In this document: positions 37,901 to 52,900 of the stretch, in pieces
How the letters are laid out: the number at the start of each line of letters is the position of its first letter
Position numbering within the stretch: position 1 is the stretch's first letter
Assembly: GCA_905178155.1 (NCBI GenBank)
Contig: CAJINV010000008.1
Coordinates: 1,054,001 to 1,118,000, forward strand
DNA from: Amoebophrya sp. A120
Taxonomy: Eukaryota > Protista > Dinoflagellata
Length of the DNA: 64,000 nt
Direction: 5' to 3'
Notes under the pieces: model-generated
The model's input: the letters and a program-made list of their open reading frames with translations, nothing else
Told to the model about the DNA's origin: nothing
The model's database searches: none
Program-made: the position numbers and the translations under genes

Positions 37901-40900
37901 TTTGACTTCCTTCGCATTTTGCCGTTGCTGCGTTCCTTCGGCATTTCGCCGTCGCCAATCGCGTTGAGCGCGTTTCCCACCGCGCAGATGCGGACCAAGG
38001 CCGAGGCCAGCTTCATCAAGCGGTGCACGGCTGCAGTGAAGCAGATCGAGGTCGACTACGGGGCGAACGGGGACATCGCAAGGTTCGAACAGCTGTACTT
38101 GCAACAGGAGGGCCAAGAGCGGCGTCGCGAGGTCGAGTGTAACGACTTGCTGCCCCGGTACTTTCAGAGCGTCGGCCATTTTGGTTGCTTTATTGAGTAC
38201 TGCCCGTCGCTGCAAATTCTCGTTTCCTACATCGTTACGCGACTGCCTCCGCGACTGCTCTGCCTCGTGGACGAAACTACCACCGACCGGGTGGTTCGGC
38301 TCTTCTTCGAGACCGAAAACCAAGCAGGGATAGTGCAGCAACATCCCGCGGCCGCGGCGGGTACAAACCAGGTATTGGTCGTGGACCAAGAACTGTGCAG
38401 ATTCTTCCAGCAAAAACTTAATACGAATTCCACACCACCTCTGCCGGACCGGCAATGCTTAATTCTGCCCTCGTATTTGTCCCTGCCCTACGTCGATCAC
38501 ACCGGCGGGGGCGGCGCATCCAACGGGCAGAACAGCCGTGCGATCAGCGATTACTGTGCGGAGCGAATCACCTGGAGTCGCAACCAGGCCACTGCCGGTG
38601 GCGCCGCGGGGGCCTTGGATATACTACCGGGTGCCGGGGGCCGGGCTGGTGCGGGACTAGCAGTCGCCGGGCGCGGAGGCGGAGGTGCCACGGCGCTGTT
38701 GGGTGGGAGCGGCCCGAATGTATCTCAGTTCGATCCGCATAATTACGTTGCGAACCTCAATTCCCGTCATGCCGGCGGCGGGATGGTGAGAGGATACGGC
38801 ACGATGCACACCTCGGGACAGATGACGCCACTGATGGCCGTCGTGCTGCACTTTCTCGAGTCCTTCGACATTCGCGAGGCGGACATGCAGTTTCTGCGCG
38901 CCATCTGCAAGTTGTTCGACTACAGCAGTGCGTGCGTGCACGCGATCCTGCGGAATAGCACAAGTGTCTACTCCTTGAACTACAACTCGATTCTGCAGCT
39001 CCTCAGCCTTCCGACCAACGTCGAAGACAGCAGACGGTGCGGCAGCGCGCTTCTGCAGTGGATTCGCGAAAAGTACCACATGCAGCACAGCAGCAGGGCC
39101 GACCACGCATCTCGGTTGCTAGTGGTACCTGGCACGGCGGCGGTACAGCAGCAGGTGGATGACGACATGGGCGTGCTGGTAGATGCGCAGATGAACAGTA
39201 ACACTCTCGCCCTTGAAGCGCGGATGAGCGGTTTCGAACAAACCATGCAGCAGACATTCATCGCGTTTTCGCACTTCGTCAGCTGCCAGAAGATCCGTAA
39301 GTGGCACAACAAGCTGCTCGAGGAGGTCAGCCATTTTTGGTTCTTCAACCAAGTCGACAGCTACAAGCTGGTCATGGGAGTCTTGAACATCGAGGACAAG
39401 TTTTCCTGGGAAGTGGCGCGCTTGGAAAACCCGCACGAGCAATTGGTGGTCGCGGACGTGACGCAGAAGATTTTGATGTCGACGCGCCGCGTCATCACCG
39501 ACGCGTACGATGAAGATCCTACACTGCTCCGCATCATTTTGCAGAAACCGACGAACTTTCGGTTCGAACTGCTAAACCTCATTTTAGATCATCGGATTGG
39601 GCACAACACGAACCACTTGATGCAGAATATGGTTGGCGGCACCAGTGCACGGGGAGGAGGTGTTGAAGCTGGCACAAGCTATAATCTCGGCTTCCAACAG
39701 CAGCAAGGTCATCTCCTTCAAATGGACATGGAGGATGACCAGATGACCGGCGTAGAAAGCGGCAGCGCAGTCGTGCTGCAGCAACAGCAGTTACAGTCGA
39801 TGCAGCAGAGCAGTTCGACCAGGCAAGATCTCTTGTCGCCCGTGCTGAAGGAGGCCACGTTGATTCAAACCATCGTGACCACGTATAACCCTCCTGGGGG
39901 ACCAAGACCCTCCCGCAACCAGACCGCTGAGCAACACGAGAAGCAAGTGAAACGATACAGAGCGTCGAACCTCGGTACCAAGGTCCAGATGATCCAGGAG
40001 CGTCTGCAGAGGTTTCTGAACCGGATCTTCTCCGCGAACATCCAACTCCTAGAGCTGCACGACATGCTGAAACACAAGGTCAAAGGCTTTTACACACTCA
40101 TTGCTCTGTTCAATCTGAAGCTGAGTTGCAACGGGGCGAGCCCGGGTGACGAGGCGAATAAGCAGAAGGAGTTTTTGCAGCAATTGGACAGAGAAATTTT
40201 ACTAAAGTTGGAAAAGACCGGAACCGGTAGCGCAGCGCTGACGTCGAAGCAGCTTTATTCGGTTGCGCAAACGCGAGAGCCGCGGCTGGATCCCTTCACT
40301 TTCGAAGTGGTGGAAGCGCGCGAGCGGCAACTGCGCCAATTTGACGCGGAGCTGGAGCAATTCTCGATCTACGTCAAGATGTACTGCAAGTCTGCAAACA
40401 TCGAGTGTTCGGAGTTGAATCAAAAAGTGGAAACGCTGCACAAAATCTACAATTTTAAGTCTTTGGTATCGGCGGAGCCCGAGTTCCTGTACGAGCCGGT
40501 GTTGCGCCACGTGAAGAAGCTCTACGACTTGCGCAACTCGGAGCTCTTTCTGGACATCTGGCGCCGCATCGGCCTGCACCTCCAAGAGTTTGGCAACCTA
40601 CAGCTCTTCCGGTCGAATATGTTGAGAGGAACATCATCAAACACCTTCGTTGGAGGGTCCTCGAGTCAGCAAGGCGCACTCACTAACAACAGCGCAGCCA
40701 CGACCAGTGGCGCTACCGCAGGGGGTGCAGAGGGCGCAGGCGGGACCAGTAAGGCACAAACCGAGGCGGAACAGAAGAAACTGACCGCGCAGCTGAGCAC
40801 CCTAAACATTTCGTTTACCGCCGTCGAGCAGTGGATCGATGGGATCCCGAAGCCGCCGCCTGATTCGAAGCAGCTACAGAGGCAGAACTCCATGCACAAG

Positions 40901-43900
40901 GAGCTGTCTGTTGCGGAAGAGGTGGGGATCGAGTTCCAGGCTCTGGACGACCAGGTTCCGGTGTACGGTCTGTGCCGAGAGCTACCCAAAGGACCAGCGA
41001 ACGGAACAACGACCTCGGACGACGCCGCCACTTCTAAGCGTCCCTACACAATGAGCTTGTGGGAAGTGACACCCTCAGTCGGCAGCTCCTCGTCGGGAGA
41101 GGCAACATCGTCCACGCTGGTCGCGCAGTGCACCTGTAACGGCGCCAAGATTAAGATGCCAAGCAATTACGGCTCTGAAGAGATCGAATACATAACGGGC
41201 AAGTTCCAGCAGCCGGTGCTGCTTAAGAAGCGGTGGCAGTACCGCATTTCCGTCCAGGTGCAGAGCTCCAATGGATCAGCGGCAAGCGGGAACAGCGCAC
41301 TGCAGAATGATTTCTACTGGGGAAGCTACTCGAGGACAACAGGGAAGGATAATTCCCTCTCTGTGGCCACATCGCAGACCGGTGCGACCGCGTCTACGGA
41401 AAGGCTGACGCCGCAGATGCTGGGTCGGTTCAACGGCGTGATCTGGGGACACAAGAAAGGCGAGTTCCCGAGTCAAAAGGCTGCAAAATCCCGCTGCGCG
41501 CCGTCTATCGGTGTGCTCGTTGACAAGTACATCCTGGCCACCCGGGCAGAGCAGGTCGGATCCCCGTCGGAGGCTGCCAGCAAAAACAACAAGAGCGTCG
41601 GGCTGACGAGCACCATGAGTCCTCCAAACACAGGGGCAATCAATGCCGGCGGTGCGGGTGGGAGCTCGAGTTCTGCGAGTGCCCTGCTGGCTGGCGCGGC
41701 GAGCGGCGCGATGGCAGTGGTTTCGGCTGCTGGGGGCGGGGGCCTCGACCAGAGCGGTTCGGATGCGCGGCAGAAAAAGATGAAGAAGCTCGTGGAGATC
41801 GAGCAGTCGCTAGCCGTGACGGACATCATTCCGACCGCCTTTTACCAGTGGGACGACCTTGCCGAGAACCTGATTTTCGGGCACCAAGACCTCGAAACCG
41901 GCTTCAAGCTATTTGGCGTGCTCGGTAACCGCACCGGGCGACCGACTCTCAGTACTGCGGCACTGCAGAAAGAGGTCCGCTTGCTACAAGCGATGACGGA
42001 CATCATTCCGAAGTACAAAGGGCTTGATCAGCTGAAGCAACAAAAGCACTACAGCCGGCGGAAAAATGTGAACGATTTGTATGTCGAGAGTGGTTCAGGA
42101 GCCGGCGGCAGGTGCAATTGGGCGGATGTTGCGCTGCAGGACATAGCAGAGCTTCGCTTCCTTGAGCGGCTTTCGGTGTGGATTCCGGGTATTCTCAAGT
42201 TTTACCACACGAGCAAGCCCTATCTGTTTCCGGAGGCGAGCGCCGACGATCCATACATCAAAAATCTGGAGCAGTGTGCGCAGGTGGTGCAGAACGCAAA
42301 AGCAACTTGGGTTCTCGGCTCCGTGCGCGAGGAAGTGGTACCCTTCAAGCGGTACCTGGACGCAATTTCACACGACCACCAGGATTTTCTAACAACGTTT
42401 GCAAACCGCCGAGAAGTGCTTCTGTGGCTGTTCTGTCACACGGACCTGACCTCGTTCGACAAGAAAATCCGGCTAGTCCGTCCGTGTACCGACGACGAGG
42501 TCCTGCTGCGTGCCTTGTCGCAATTATCTGAACTGCGCCGCACCGTTTCGGACCTGTTCTACAAGGGGCACCACGTCGACGCGGCTACTGACGTCATGGC
42601 TGACATGGCGTCGGTTAGTGAGCAGCAACCGCAGAGCACAGATGTAGGCGCAGCGGGTGCAGCTGCAATTATCGGAACCACGGCGCAAGATAAAGATCAA
42701 GAGGATGATGACGCAGCGAAGGCGAAGGCTGCTGCACTGCTCAAGATTGCCGAACACGCGAAGAACTGCCGCCACTTCGAGTCGCTCGAGGCATTTCTCA
42801 ACTGCTACACATCCAAGGAGAACGGCCTACAGTTCACCTACAATGCCCAAAACAAATCCGCGTTCGCCTCCATGGCTCAGGTTGCGACCAAGAACCAAAC
42901 CTTGATGAACCAATTCTACCAGCAGCCGCTCGGCCTCCAGCAGCAGAACATCAAGGCCTCCGGAGGTGGTAGTAATACCGAGTTTCGCGAGTCGGAGCAG
43001 CTGAGTTGTTTGTGCGTGGTGACGGTGTCCTGGGACCGTTTGCACGACCTGCTCGAGCGGAACACGCTGTCGCCCGGCATTAAGGCCTGTCGCGACGTGA
43101 AGCCGATTCTCTTGAAAGGGCAGTTCGTGTTCCACGGAACCGCGGATACGAACTACCAGCTCGTGTGCCGCCGCACCCTGGAGATTGCGGGGGGTATGAT
43201 CGAGAACGTCGACGAGATGAAGTTTGAGCAGCTGGCGGAAATGCGGCGGCTGCTTCTGATGACGGACCCGCAGGAGGACGAGGAGCAGAACAAGCCCTCG
43301 GCGACGGCGGGCGCGGACACGGACGCCGAAATGGATGAGGAAATGCCCGACGTACTGCTCGAGAAAGTGCTGGAGCTGGAGCGGAACGCGAAGGGGCTGG
43401 TGCTGGAACCCGGGCAAACGTCGACGGTGTCCGGGACCAATGCCGACGGCTTCACCGCGGAGCATCAGCGTGTTTACCGGGCGTACGCGGAGAAACGGGT
43501 GAAACAGATGAAACTGAAGGAGGTCGTGGACGATTTTGTCGACAAGCTCGAGGTGCTGGAAGACATTCGGCATTTGGTCGCGGATTTGTACAGCAACGGT
43601 CACTTCGACTACGCGCACGGCGAGGTGCTGCGGATCTCGCCCCTGGAGTCCACGGCTGCGCTGCGGCGCAAGAAGGAGGAGCTGCAGCAGGTGCTTTCGG
43701 AGTGGACGACGAGCATGCGCGACATTCGGGGCCAGTACTACTGTCTCAACTTCTTCGTCGTCAAACACCTCCAGAGTCTCCGCGACGACATCCGGCTGAT
43801 TGAAAGCTCGCTGTGGGAGCGCGGGTGCTTGCCGCTGAAGCCCCAGTACTCGGACCAGGAGCTGCGGGCGGATTTCGTGCACCTGCTTTCCCAGCCGGGG

Positions 43901-46900
43901 AGTGACGGAACGCCAGCGACGCAGCAGCCTGTACACCTGCAGCGTGCCTCGGCGCAGCTGGCTTTACCGGCGGCTGCTGCCGGCACTGCGACGCCGAAGA
44001 ACGCGGCGACAGCGGGCGGCGGCGAGGCCAAACCACCTCCCTCTGGCACGAGTGCGGGAGCCGCGGCGAGCACCGGTGAGCGGCCTTCCGCAACGACGGC
44101 GGCGGAGGCGGTGCTACTGTACCCGGGAACATTCCTGCAGACGCTTGACCGTATGCTGGACGTGCGGCAGTACATCAGCGGCGAGCGCCTTTTGCCGAGC
44201 GGCGTGTCCGTGACAGCGGTGACGCTGAAGGAGACGCCCTGGGACAGCGAGGACCTGGTGAGCCTGTTCAAGTTCGGACGGCAGCTGCTCCAAACCTTCC
44301 ACAGCTTTGGTCGGTTTCCGCGGACCTCGGCCACGGAGCAGATCCACTACATTGGGAAGCTGCTGGATTCCATGTTCGGATCGATCACCTACCGAGAAAA
44401 GAAAATCACTTGGATCAGCAACCGCGCCGCGACGCACTTCTCCAAGCAAAAACTGCAACAGGGTGATCTTCTCATCCAGGAGATTAACGCCCAGGAACGG
44501 GGCGGTGGGGTCTCCTCGGGGACGATGAGCAAAGACGATCTCCTCTGCGCCGAAGTACCGGGCGGCTCATCTGCGGGCCGGCCCCGGCGCGTTTCCGAGA
44601 GCAAGAAACCAGAGCAGCAGAACACCGTGGTTCCGATTTTTGCGTGCACAACTCCGAAGGAAGAGGACGTGGTGGGCTTGGTCTTGTCCCTCTATTTCCG
44701 CCGCGAGCGGTTGCCGGAGCCGCAGGAAGTTTTGCTATGCACGGAGACCACGCAAGTCGAGGAAATCGAGATCTTGATTCGCAGGTTCATTCAGGCGAGG
44801 TTGCACAAGAGGGAAAAGTGCGTCTTCTGCATTGGCAACATCCAGCTGCTGTCCTACCAGATCCAGTGCCGCGCGGTAGAGCTGCTGGGCGTGCTGTTGT
44901 CGGAGTACGGTGTGGCAAACGCTGCCGCGCTTGTTCTGGTGAGCGGAAGTCCCAACCAAATGCTCTTGAACGCAGCCACGTCGCAGTGCGGGGTGCAGTA
45001 CATCAACGTGAGCAAGCTTTCGCCCAACGAGTTGCAGCTGTGCCTGAAGCATGCGGTCCCCTCAGTTTCGGCGGCCTTCGGCCGGGACATCAACGGCTGC
45101 GGGAAAACGGACTTCATCTACCGCGAGGCCTTCCAGATCCAGCACCACGCAAAGGATGACAAGTTGTCCGTGTACCGCAAACTGGCTATCCGCGAAAACA
45201 CGGACAAGAGGGAAGTGATCAACGCTGCGAAATCAATTCAGACCAGGCAGAAGCTCGAGGAGCGAGACGATCGCGATTTTGTCCGGCGCAACTTTCACCG
45301 GCACAAAAGGCGTCCGCAGTGGACGCCCCCGAGTGGCAGCGGGGCACGAATCGCGGGCGCGGCGGCGAGCAGCAGCAAGGAGGCTGCTGGAGCGACTGGT
45401 GGTGCGGTGTCCGCAAGTGAGCAAGCCGCTGGAATCAAGAGCGAGGCCGAGCAAGTGGGAGCGAAGGAAAATGACGACGATGCGAGCATGCAAGATGTCG
45501 CTGCGTCGGCCGCGATGAAGAATTTGGATTACGACCACTTGATTCATGTGGATCTCGCGCACGTCGTTCAAAAGCGCACGAACATTGTGCTTTTCGAGCT
45601 TCTTTGTCTGGGATGCATTATTGACCCCCTGTCCTCGCAAATCTTCTTTCGCAGTCCGCGCGACCGGTACGTCGTGGAAATTCCCGCCACCCCCGGGAAT
45701 CAGTTGATGAACCACTTGTCTGTTTTACCGCTTCTGAAGAAAGAGCATTTGACAGTCGACCTCGCGGCCTTGCAGCTCGACCAGCCACGGTTTCTGCAGC
45801 CAAACGAGGATCGCGAGGGCAAGTCCGAAACCAAGCTGGACCCAAGCACAAGAACGCACTTCCTGCAGCTTGCGCCGAATTACGACATTCTGATCACTTG
45901 CAAGTTTCTGCGCGCGTTAGACGGCGAGCGGTTTTTGAAGAAAAAGGAGGAGGACCCGAACGCCCACGACGACAAAGAGCTGCTGCGGGAAAGGATCTCC
46001 ACGGAGGAGTGTTGGCGCTTACTCGAGCGCTTTTGCTGCCAGGAGCGTACGCGCACCAAGCCCGACGGAACCACGGAACCGCAGCGCGAGCACCCGTCCT
46101 TTTTCACTTTCAATCTGTTTGCGCGGTTCATGCGGAAGCAGTTCGATCGCACACGACAGTTCGCTTTGCTCACCATGAACTTGTCTCGGGCAATGGGGCT
46201 GAACTCCTTGCGGCACTATTTTTGCTCCATGCTGGTCAAGACCAGCGGCGATTTTTCGTTGCGGCAAGTCCCGAAATACCTCACGATGGACGAGATGCGC
46301 GCGGACGCAGATGACGAAGCGGTGTTGGCGGAACTCTCTCCGAAAAGGGCCTTCAGCTCCTCCGTAGCTATGGACTCCACGCAAGCCGCGCCACCAGCTT
46401 TGGAGCTCGCAGCTGCGCCCTCGTCCGGAACAGGCCCTGCAAGCATGGACGTCGACAGCGATGCCGCGAAGCAGGACGGCGCGAAGCATTCTGACCACGA
46501 GCCCGCCAACCCCGCGAACCCAGCGGACCTGCAAAGCGTAAACGCAAGCAGCGCGCTAGTTGCGAAGCGGAGCGTTTCGCGCAGTAGCGCCGTGCCCCGC
46601 GCGTCTCAGCAGCAACAGGGCGGTGGCGGTCGCCATTCCATGGTGGATATGCGCAGTCGGCAGGAAATGACGGAACACGAAGCCCTGACGTCCGAGCTTG
46701 GCCGCGATCGTCTTGGCGTCGGGAAGGTCTCAGCAACAAACATGGTGGAGCGCTTCGAGGGTATGATGAATTGGGAGGGCAAGGACCATCCGGTGTCTGT
46801 GTTCAAATTGAACAAGGGCAAGGTATCCGGGATCGACATCGTGTCGCTCAACGAGAAAACCGTGGAGCAAAACCTGAAAATGGACCGCACCTTCACCCGT

Positions 46901-49900
46901 TCGCTTGACAACAACGGCCTCCGGGTCTTCAAGGACTGGAGTCAGGCGAGTGCCGATGAGTGCGGAAAGCTGATCCGTGCGGCAAAAGGTATCCCCGACT
47001 TCGCCGGTTCCGGCACGTCGCCAGCTGGCACGAATGCAGGAGGGAACGGAACGGCACAGAATAAGGCGGCACTGAGTGACTTGCAGAAGATCGTAAAGAA
47101 CTACGCGCAGCAAAAGGGCGGCCTGTCGCATCGCACGCTGGGGCACACGCAGTACGTTTTGACTATTGACAACCTGCTGAAGATTTTGTCCATTTTGCTG
47201 CGCATGGAGTACGGGCTTCCGGCCATTATCATGGGGGAGACTGGTTGCGGCAAGACAGCCCTGGTCGAGTTCATTTGCGACATGCTGCGGTTCCCCTTGC
47301 GAAAACTCGACTTGCACGGAGGTATCACGGACGAGGAAATCACGAAGTTTTTTCAAAGCTGCATTCAATCGGCGAAGGCGCTGCCGCAGGACCAGTATTT
47401 GGTTGCTTTCCTGGATGAAATAAATGCGGCGAATTGCATGGCCCACTGCAAGACCCTGATTGTCGATCGCTTTGTCGAGAATGAGCGGTTGCCGCCGAAC
47501 ATCCGCATTGTGGCCTGCTGCAACCCCTACCGGTTGAGGAAGAATATCGAGAGCGAGCAGATGGGATTGGTCTACCAGCACCACTTTGCGGACGGGGGCA
47601 TCGTGTCGAAGACAGACCACATGAAGAAGCTGGTCTACCGTGTCCACCAGCTGCCTGAGTCCTTGATTGACCTGGTTACGGACTTCGGCGCTTTAACGGA
47701 CCGCACCGAAGCGCTCTACATCGACGCGATTCTTCGCCGCGAGTTGCCGTTGGTGCTCACCCGCGAGCTGGAAGCCAAATTGCCAGATATGGAGAACGAC
47801 GCACGACGTGAGACCGCGATTGGGAAGGTGGTGTTCCGGTACGAGAACTTTTTGACAACTTTTGCGACTTTGCTCCGAAAATCCCAAGAATACATTCGTC
47901 AAATCTCGAACAACGAGCGGTCGGTGGTCAGTCTGCGCGACATTGCCCGCGCCTCCCGCGTCTTTCGCTGGTTTCTAAGGCACTGCACGAAGCTACAAGA
48001 GCATCCCGCCACTACACCGACGCCAGGAGCAGGAGGCCCGGGGTCTTCAAGCTCCGCATCAGGCGGGTCAGCTACTTCCGCGGCCGGAAGTGCAAACAAC
48101 AATGCCGCGTCCTCCTCATCAGGCGCAGGAGCCTCGCAACCAGCAAGCGCAGCGGCCACGGCGCAAGCGCATGAGCCGAGTCTGGTTTTTGGGATTAGTT
48201 CTCCCGCACTGCAGCAGCAGCAGGTGGAGGCCGAGGTGCTGGCGCGACAAGCGGAAGCAGAGAGAGACGTGGAGATGGGTGGGACCACAGGAGGCAACAA
48301 GTCGCCCACAGCGAGCAATAACAAGAATCGGCCCGTTAGTGACCCGGAAGACGGACCGATTTACACTTCACTCACCGGCAGCAATTCGGCTCTCGCTACC
48401 GCAGTTTTGCTCACGCTTGGCTTTTGTTACCATAGTCGCCTCGCCCGGGAAGACCGCGAGGGGTATCACCGTCACCTCTGGAACGCCACGAAAGCCGAGG
48501 AAAACAGTGCCGCGAAGGAAGGCGAAATGTTCCCCGACCAAACCCGGCTTCCGCATCTGGGCATGACCTGGCTGAAGCTGACGAAGGAAACCACGTTTCT
48601 GCAGGTGCTGGAGAAGACGCAAAAGCAGTTTGTGAGCCTGATGAAGCTCGGCGAGGGGATCGCTCTGAACGAGGCGCTGCGGGAAAACTTGTTCATGCTG
48701 TTGGTTTCGGTGATGAACCAAATTCCCATTTTCGTGATTGGCAAGCCGGGGTGCAGCAAGAGTCTGGCGGTAAGCATTTTGCAGGACAACTTGAAGGGGT
48801 CCGTTTCTGACCAGCCGCTGTTCAAGCAGATGCCGGCCATCGAGGTCTTGCCGTACCAGTGTTCTCCCCTATCCACGGCGGACGGAATCCAGAACGCGTT
48901 CGACAACGCACGAAAGTACCAGGGCGGTGGCGAGGGCAAGTTGAAAACCATTGTGGTGGTGCTGCTCGACGAGGTCGGGCTCGCCGAGGAGTCGCCGCAC
49001 CTCCCGCTCAAGGTCCTGCACAAGGAGTTGGAGCGGCCGGGCAAGGGCATCACCTGCATTGGGATTAGCAATTGGTCCCTGGACGCGGCCAAAATGTCGC
49101 GTGCAGTCCACCTCTACCGGTCGCCGCCGACAATCGAGGACCTCACGTTGACCGCCGAGGGGATGATCCAGACCGCGCAGCTCCGGATGTACCTGAAATC
49201 ACTCGCGGAGGCCTTCCACGCCATCTATCAGAACCAGCCCAGACAAGATTTCTGGGGGTTGCGCGAGTTTTACAGCACGGTCCGCGTGGTGAACGGCGAA
49301 CTGAAGCAGCGCGAGAAGCGTGGCGAGCCGCAGTCGTTGGATGCGGACTGTCTGATGAAAACGGTTCTGCGGAACTTTGGCGGGTGCGTGCAACAGGACA
49401 TGGAGCGCAACATCGAAAATTTCTTTCGGAAGGTCGGCATGCGCGCGGAGGACGGAAAGCGCTACAGTGTCGTGGAACTCATCCAGCAAAATTTGGAGGA
49501 ATCGGATGCGCGGCACTTGATGCTGCTGACCAAGAACAACAGCGCGCTGCGCTTGCTGTTCGACTCCGGCGTGATATCGTACGAGCAGGAGACGGAGATT
49601 CTGTTCGGCAGTAGCTTTCCGGACGACCAGTCTGATGTGATGGTCGCGACCAACTTGAATCGTATTCGTTCCGTGATGACCAAGCCGATCCAACTCGTGC
49701 TGATCCACTGCGACGCCCTGTATGAGTCCCTGTACGACCTGCTGAACCAGCACTACATGGAGTTCGGGGGGCAGCGCTACGTCCGCATCGCCCACGGTTC
49801 TTCAAGTAAACAGTGTCCTATTCACCACCAGTTTCGCGTCATCGTGATCGTGGAAAAAGCCGACGCCTGGACGCGGCTGGCTCCACCGCTGCTGAACCGC

Positions 49901-52900
49901 TTCGAGAAACAAATCTTCCTGCGCTCGCAGCTGCTTGTCGCGAAAGAGGACCGAGTGCTGCTCGACCGGTTGAACGAGTGGCTCACGCTGTTGGCAAAAG
50001 ATGTGCTCACGCAGCAGCAATCCGGGGTTGCGGAAAAGAACAAGCAGAAGCTGAAACTGGAAAACGATGAGGAGAAGCTGCGCGCTGTCAAGAAGCGATG
50101 CATTCCCGGCTTTCACTCCGATATCTTACCGTCGCTGGTTGTGTCCCTCCGCCGTTACAACGTGACCGGGCTCGACACCACCGGTCTATCGCCCACCCCA
50201 CAGCTGGCGCAAGTGGACCAACAGCTAGACCGGTTGGATGATGTTGAGCAAATCTCGGTAGTGTCGGACAACAAGAAGTTCGACGCCTCCTCGTCCAACT
50301 TGACCCTCGCAGAAAAGCTGGGGCGCGCGCTGCACGACCTCACCTGGGTGCTCACACCCGAGGCCGTCACGGCCCACATGGCGGCCGTCCAGGCCGGCAC
50401 GTCGGCGTGCTTCTCGAAGTTCAATCCGAAGACGCACCCGAGCTACCCCAACGTGGGAGAGGAATACTTTCGCTCGCAGCAGCATGGGGATCTGAAGCAG
50501 TTTGTGGAAGGCATAGAGCAGGCGTATGCGGATCATGACGGACGTGGTGCGCAGCCGTTTTTCCGCGCAGGTGGAGGGGGCGACGAGGACACCAACGGCC
50601 AGGACGTCGATATGGTCATCATGGACGAGCAGGGTGATGCCATTATGGAGGATGTGTCCGTTAAGGCCCAGGACGGCCACGACTCCGCCTCGAGCGCCGC
50701 GAGCACGCGAAACTTGACGACTTTGGACGGTGGATCCGAAATTGCGGCCGCTCTCGGGGGTGCTGGTGCTTCTTCTAGAGCGGCTGGCGGATTCAAAAAC
50801 AACGTTCTCTTCGAGATGGCGGCGCAGCAGCCACTAGGCACGCAAATCATGTGCATGACCTACACCCCGATGATCGGCGGCTCCGTGTTGGCGGACGTGA
50901 TTCGGACCGAGGGGCGACCGGTGCACCACTTCTTACTGCACACCCTATCCAGTGCGTCGGAGCTGGATCAAAAGGTGAAGGACTTTTACCAGTCCTCGTC
51001 CAGTAGTGACAGCGCAGGGCAGCTGCCGCGGGCTGCCGGGGAACTACAGAGCAGTAGCGGTGCCGAGGACCACCAGGATAACCCGGCTGCAGCAGGCCAG
51101 AAAAAGCCCATGAAACAGGATTCGGGCGACAGGAAAGTGAAAGAGTTCCTTCTCGGGCAGGAAGAAACAGCAACTGCAAGTGCAACCACGACCACCTCTC
51201 ATCGGCAAGAGCACCACTACCTCCTAATCGAAGCGGACCCGATCGCAAGTTCCGATCGCCAGATTGAACACTGTAGGTGCATCTGTGAGAAAGCGGAACA
51301 CTTGTACAGATTGCGGTGTGCGGAAGAAAGAAAGCAAGCTCTGCTCGCCTCTTCGCAACTCGTTAATGCGGAAGGGAATGCTGCAGCTGGTGACATCAAC
51401 CAAAGCGGTGGCTCGTTACTACGCTCAGGAGCAGGAGAGCGGCCGCCGAAAAAGCATATTCTGTTGGTGATCCATCTTTCCATGGGGCGATCGTCCGGGC
51501 TGGGTAGCAGCAATTTTCTGCTTGATTTCGACCGTCGCTGGCGCGCGGTCTTCATCGACAGCGTGAATCTTGCGGAGCGGTCCGGACTCCCGGACTTGAC
51601 GCAGATGCTGAACCGGAATCTGCGCGATGTGTTTCAGCTGGTGGACTTCCAGTACGTGCTGACCAACCAGTGTCTCCGTCCGTCCCTAGCCCGACTGATC
51701 TATCCCTCCCGGCGTGCGGCCAGCGCACTCACGCAGCAAATCACCATGCTGCTCTTCTTGTGCCAGAGTGGCGACTTCGTTTCCTTGGTGAAGAACCTGA
51801 TCGACCTGGTGCTGGAGAAGTTTCAAGCGGAAGAGGACAAGGAACACAACAAGAAGGTGCAGGCGGAGCAGCAGCGGATCCTGAAGCAAACCGGTAACCA
51901 AAGTGTGATGAGTCCCCGCTTGGAAGACAGCAAATTGGCCGAAGAGAGCTACAGTCTGGCGCTGCAGAACGTGGTCAGGAAGGCTTGGTACGCCGACGAC
52001 ACTAGTGCGACGAGTTCCACCTTCAAGTCGGGCACGTTCTGCGGTTCCCTGCACAACCGGTTGCTCAGGATCCTGCAGTCGTTGATCGCAAAGATGCTGG
52101 CGTTTCTGGACCGCAACCACGGACTGTCTCTCTTCAAAAAGTATCCCTCGGTCAGCCTCGACCTGGCAGATCACGTGATGCAGGATGCAAATTGCAAACT
52201 GACCCTGGATTTGCTGCGTTCCCTCACCATCCGTGGCAACAATGCGAACGAGACAGTGAACAACTTCGAGGAGGTTCTAAACGATTCGCGATCGGAGCGG
52301 GCACCCTTTTACGCCATGTTTCCGTTTTCCTATTTCGTCGTGCAGTCGCTCGATCAGCGCAGGGTCTTGGTACAGAACCGACTGGAGTCCTCGACCGTTG
52401 CCACGGACCCTCGCAAGCTAGCCGAAGCGATCCAAACCAACTACAGCCTTCCGCTGGAGCCCTTCTTTGCCAAACCCAACTGCCGAATTAGCAACTTGCG
52501 CTACCTTCACGACTTGGTTGCAATGTCCGTACCGCACACAAACTCACTGTCCCGCTGGAGCCAGACGCTGCTCTTGCTCGCCCTGATTCGCAAGACTTTT
52601 AACGTGCGAAATGCGGAGCTGGAGGAAGCACAGGAAGCGATTATAAAGAACGAGGAGTCTGTCACGCAGGACACCGACCTTCCGATTCTATCCTTCCCGG
52701 CGTCCCTGTTCGAGGTCCAGGTGGGTTACTGGTTGAACGAGAAGCGCATGGTTTTTCTGAGTCAAATTCTGTCCTGCTGCCCGGCGGCGATCGCGCCCGT
52801 ATTGAACTGCATCCAGCAGGAAGTCGAGTGGGACCAAAGGGAACAGCAAGCCATGATTGCCGCCTTCGGGAGCGCGGGGTCCGCCACCGCACAAGCCTCC

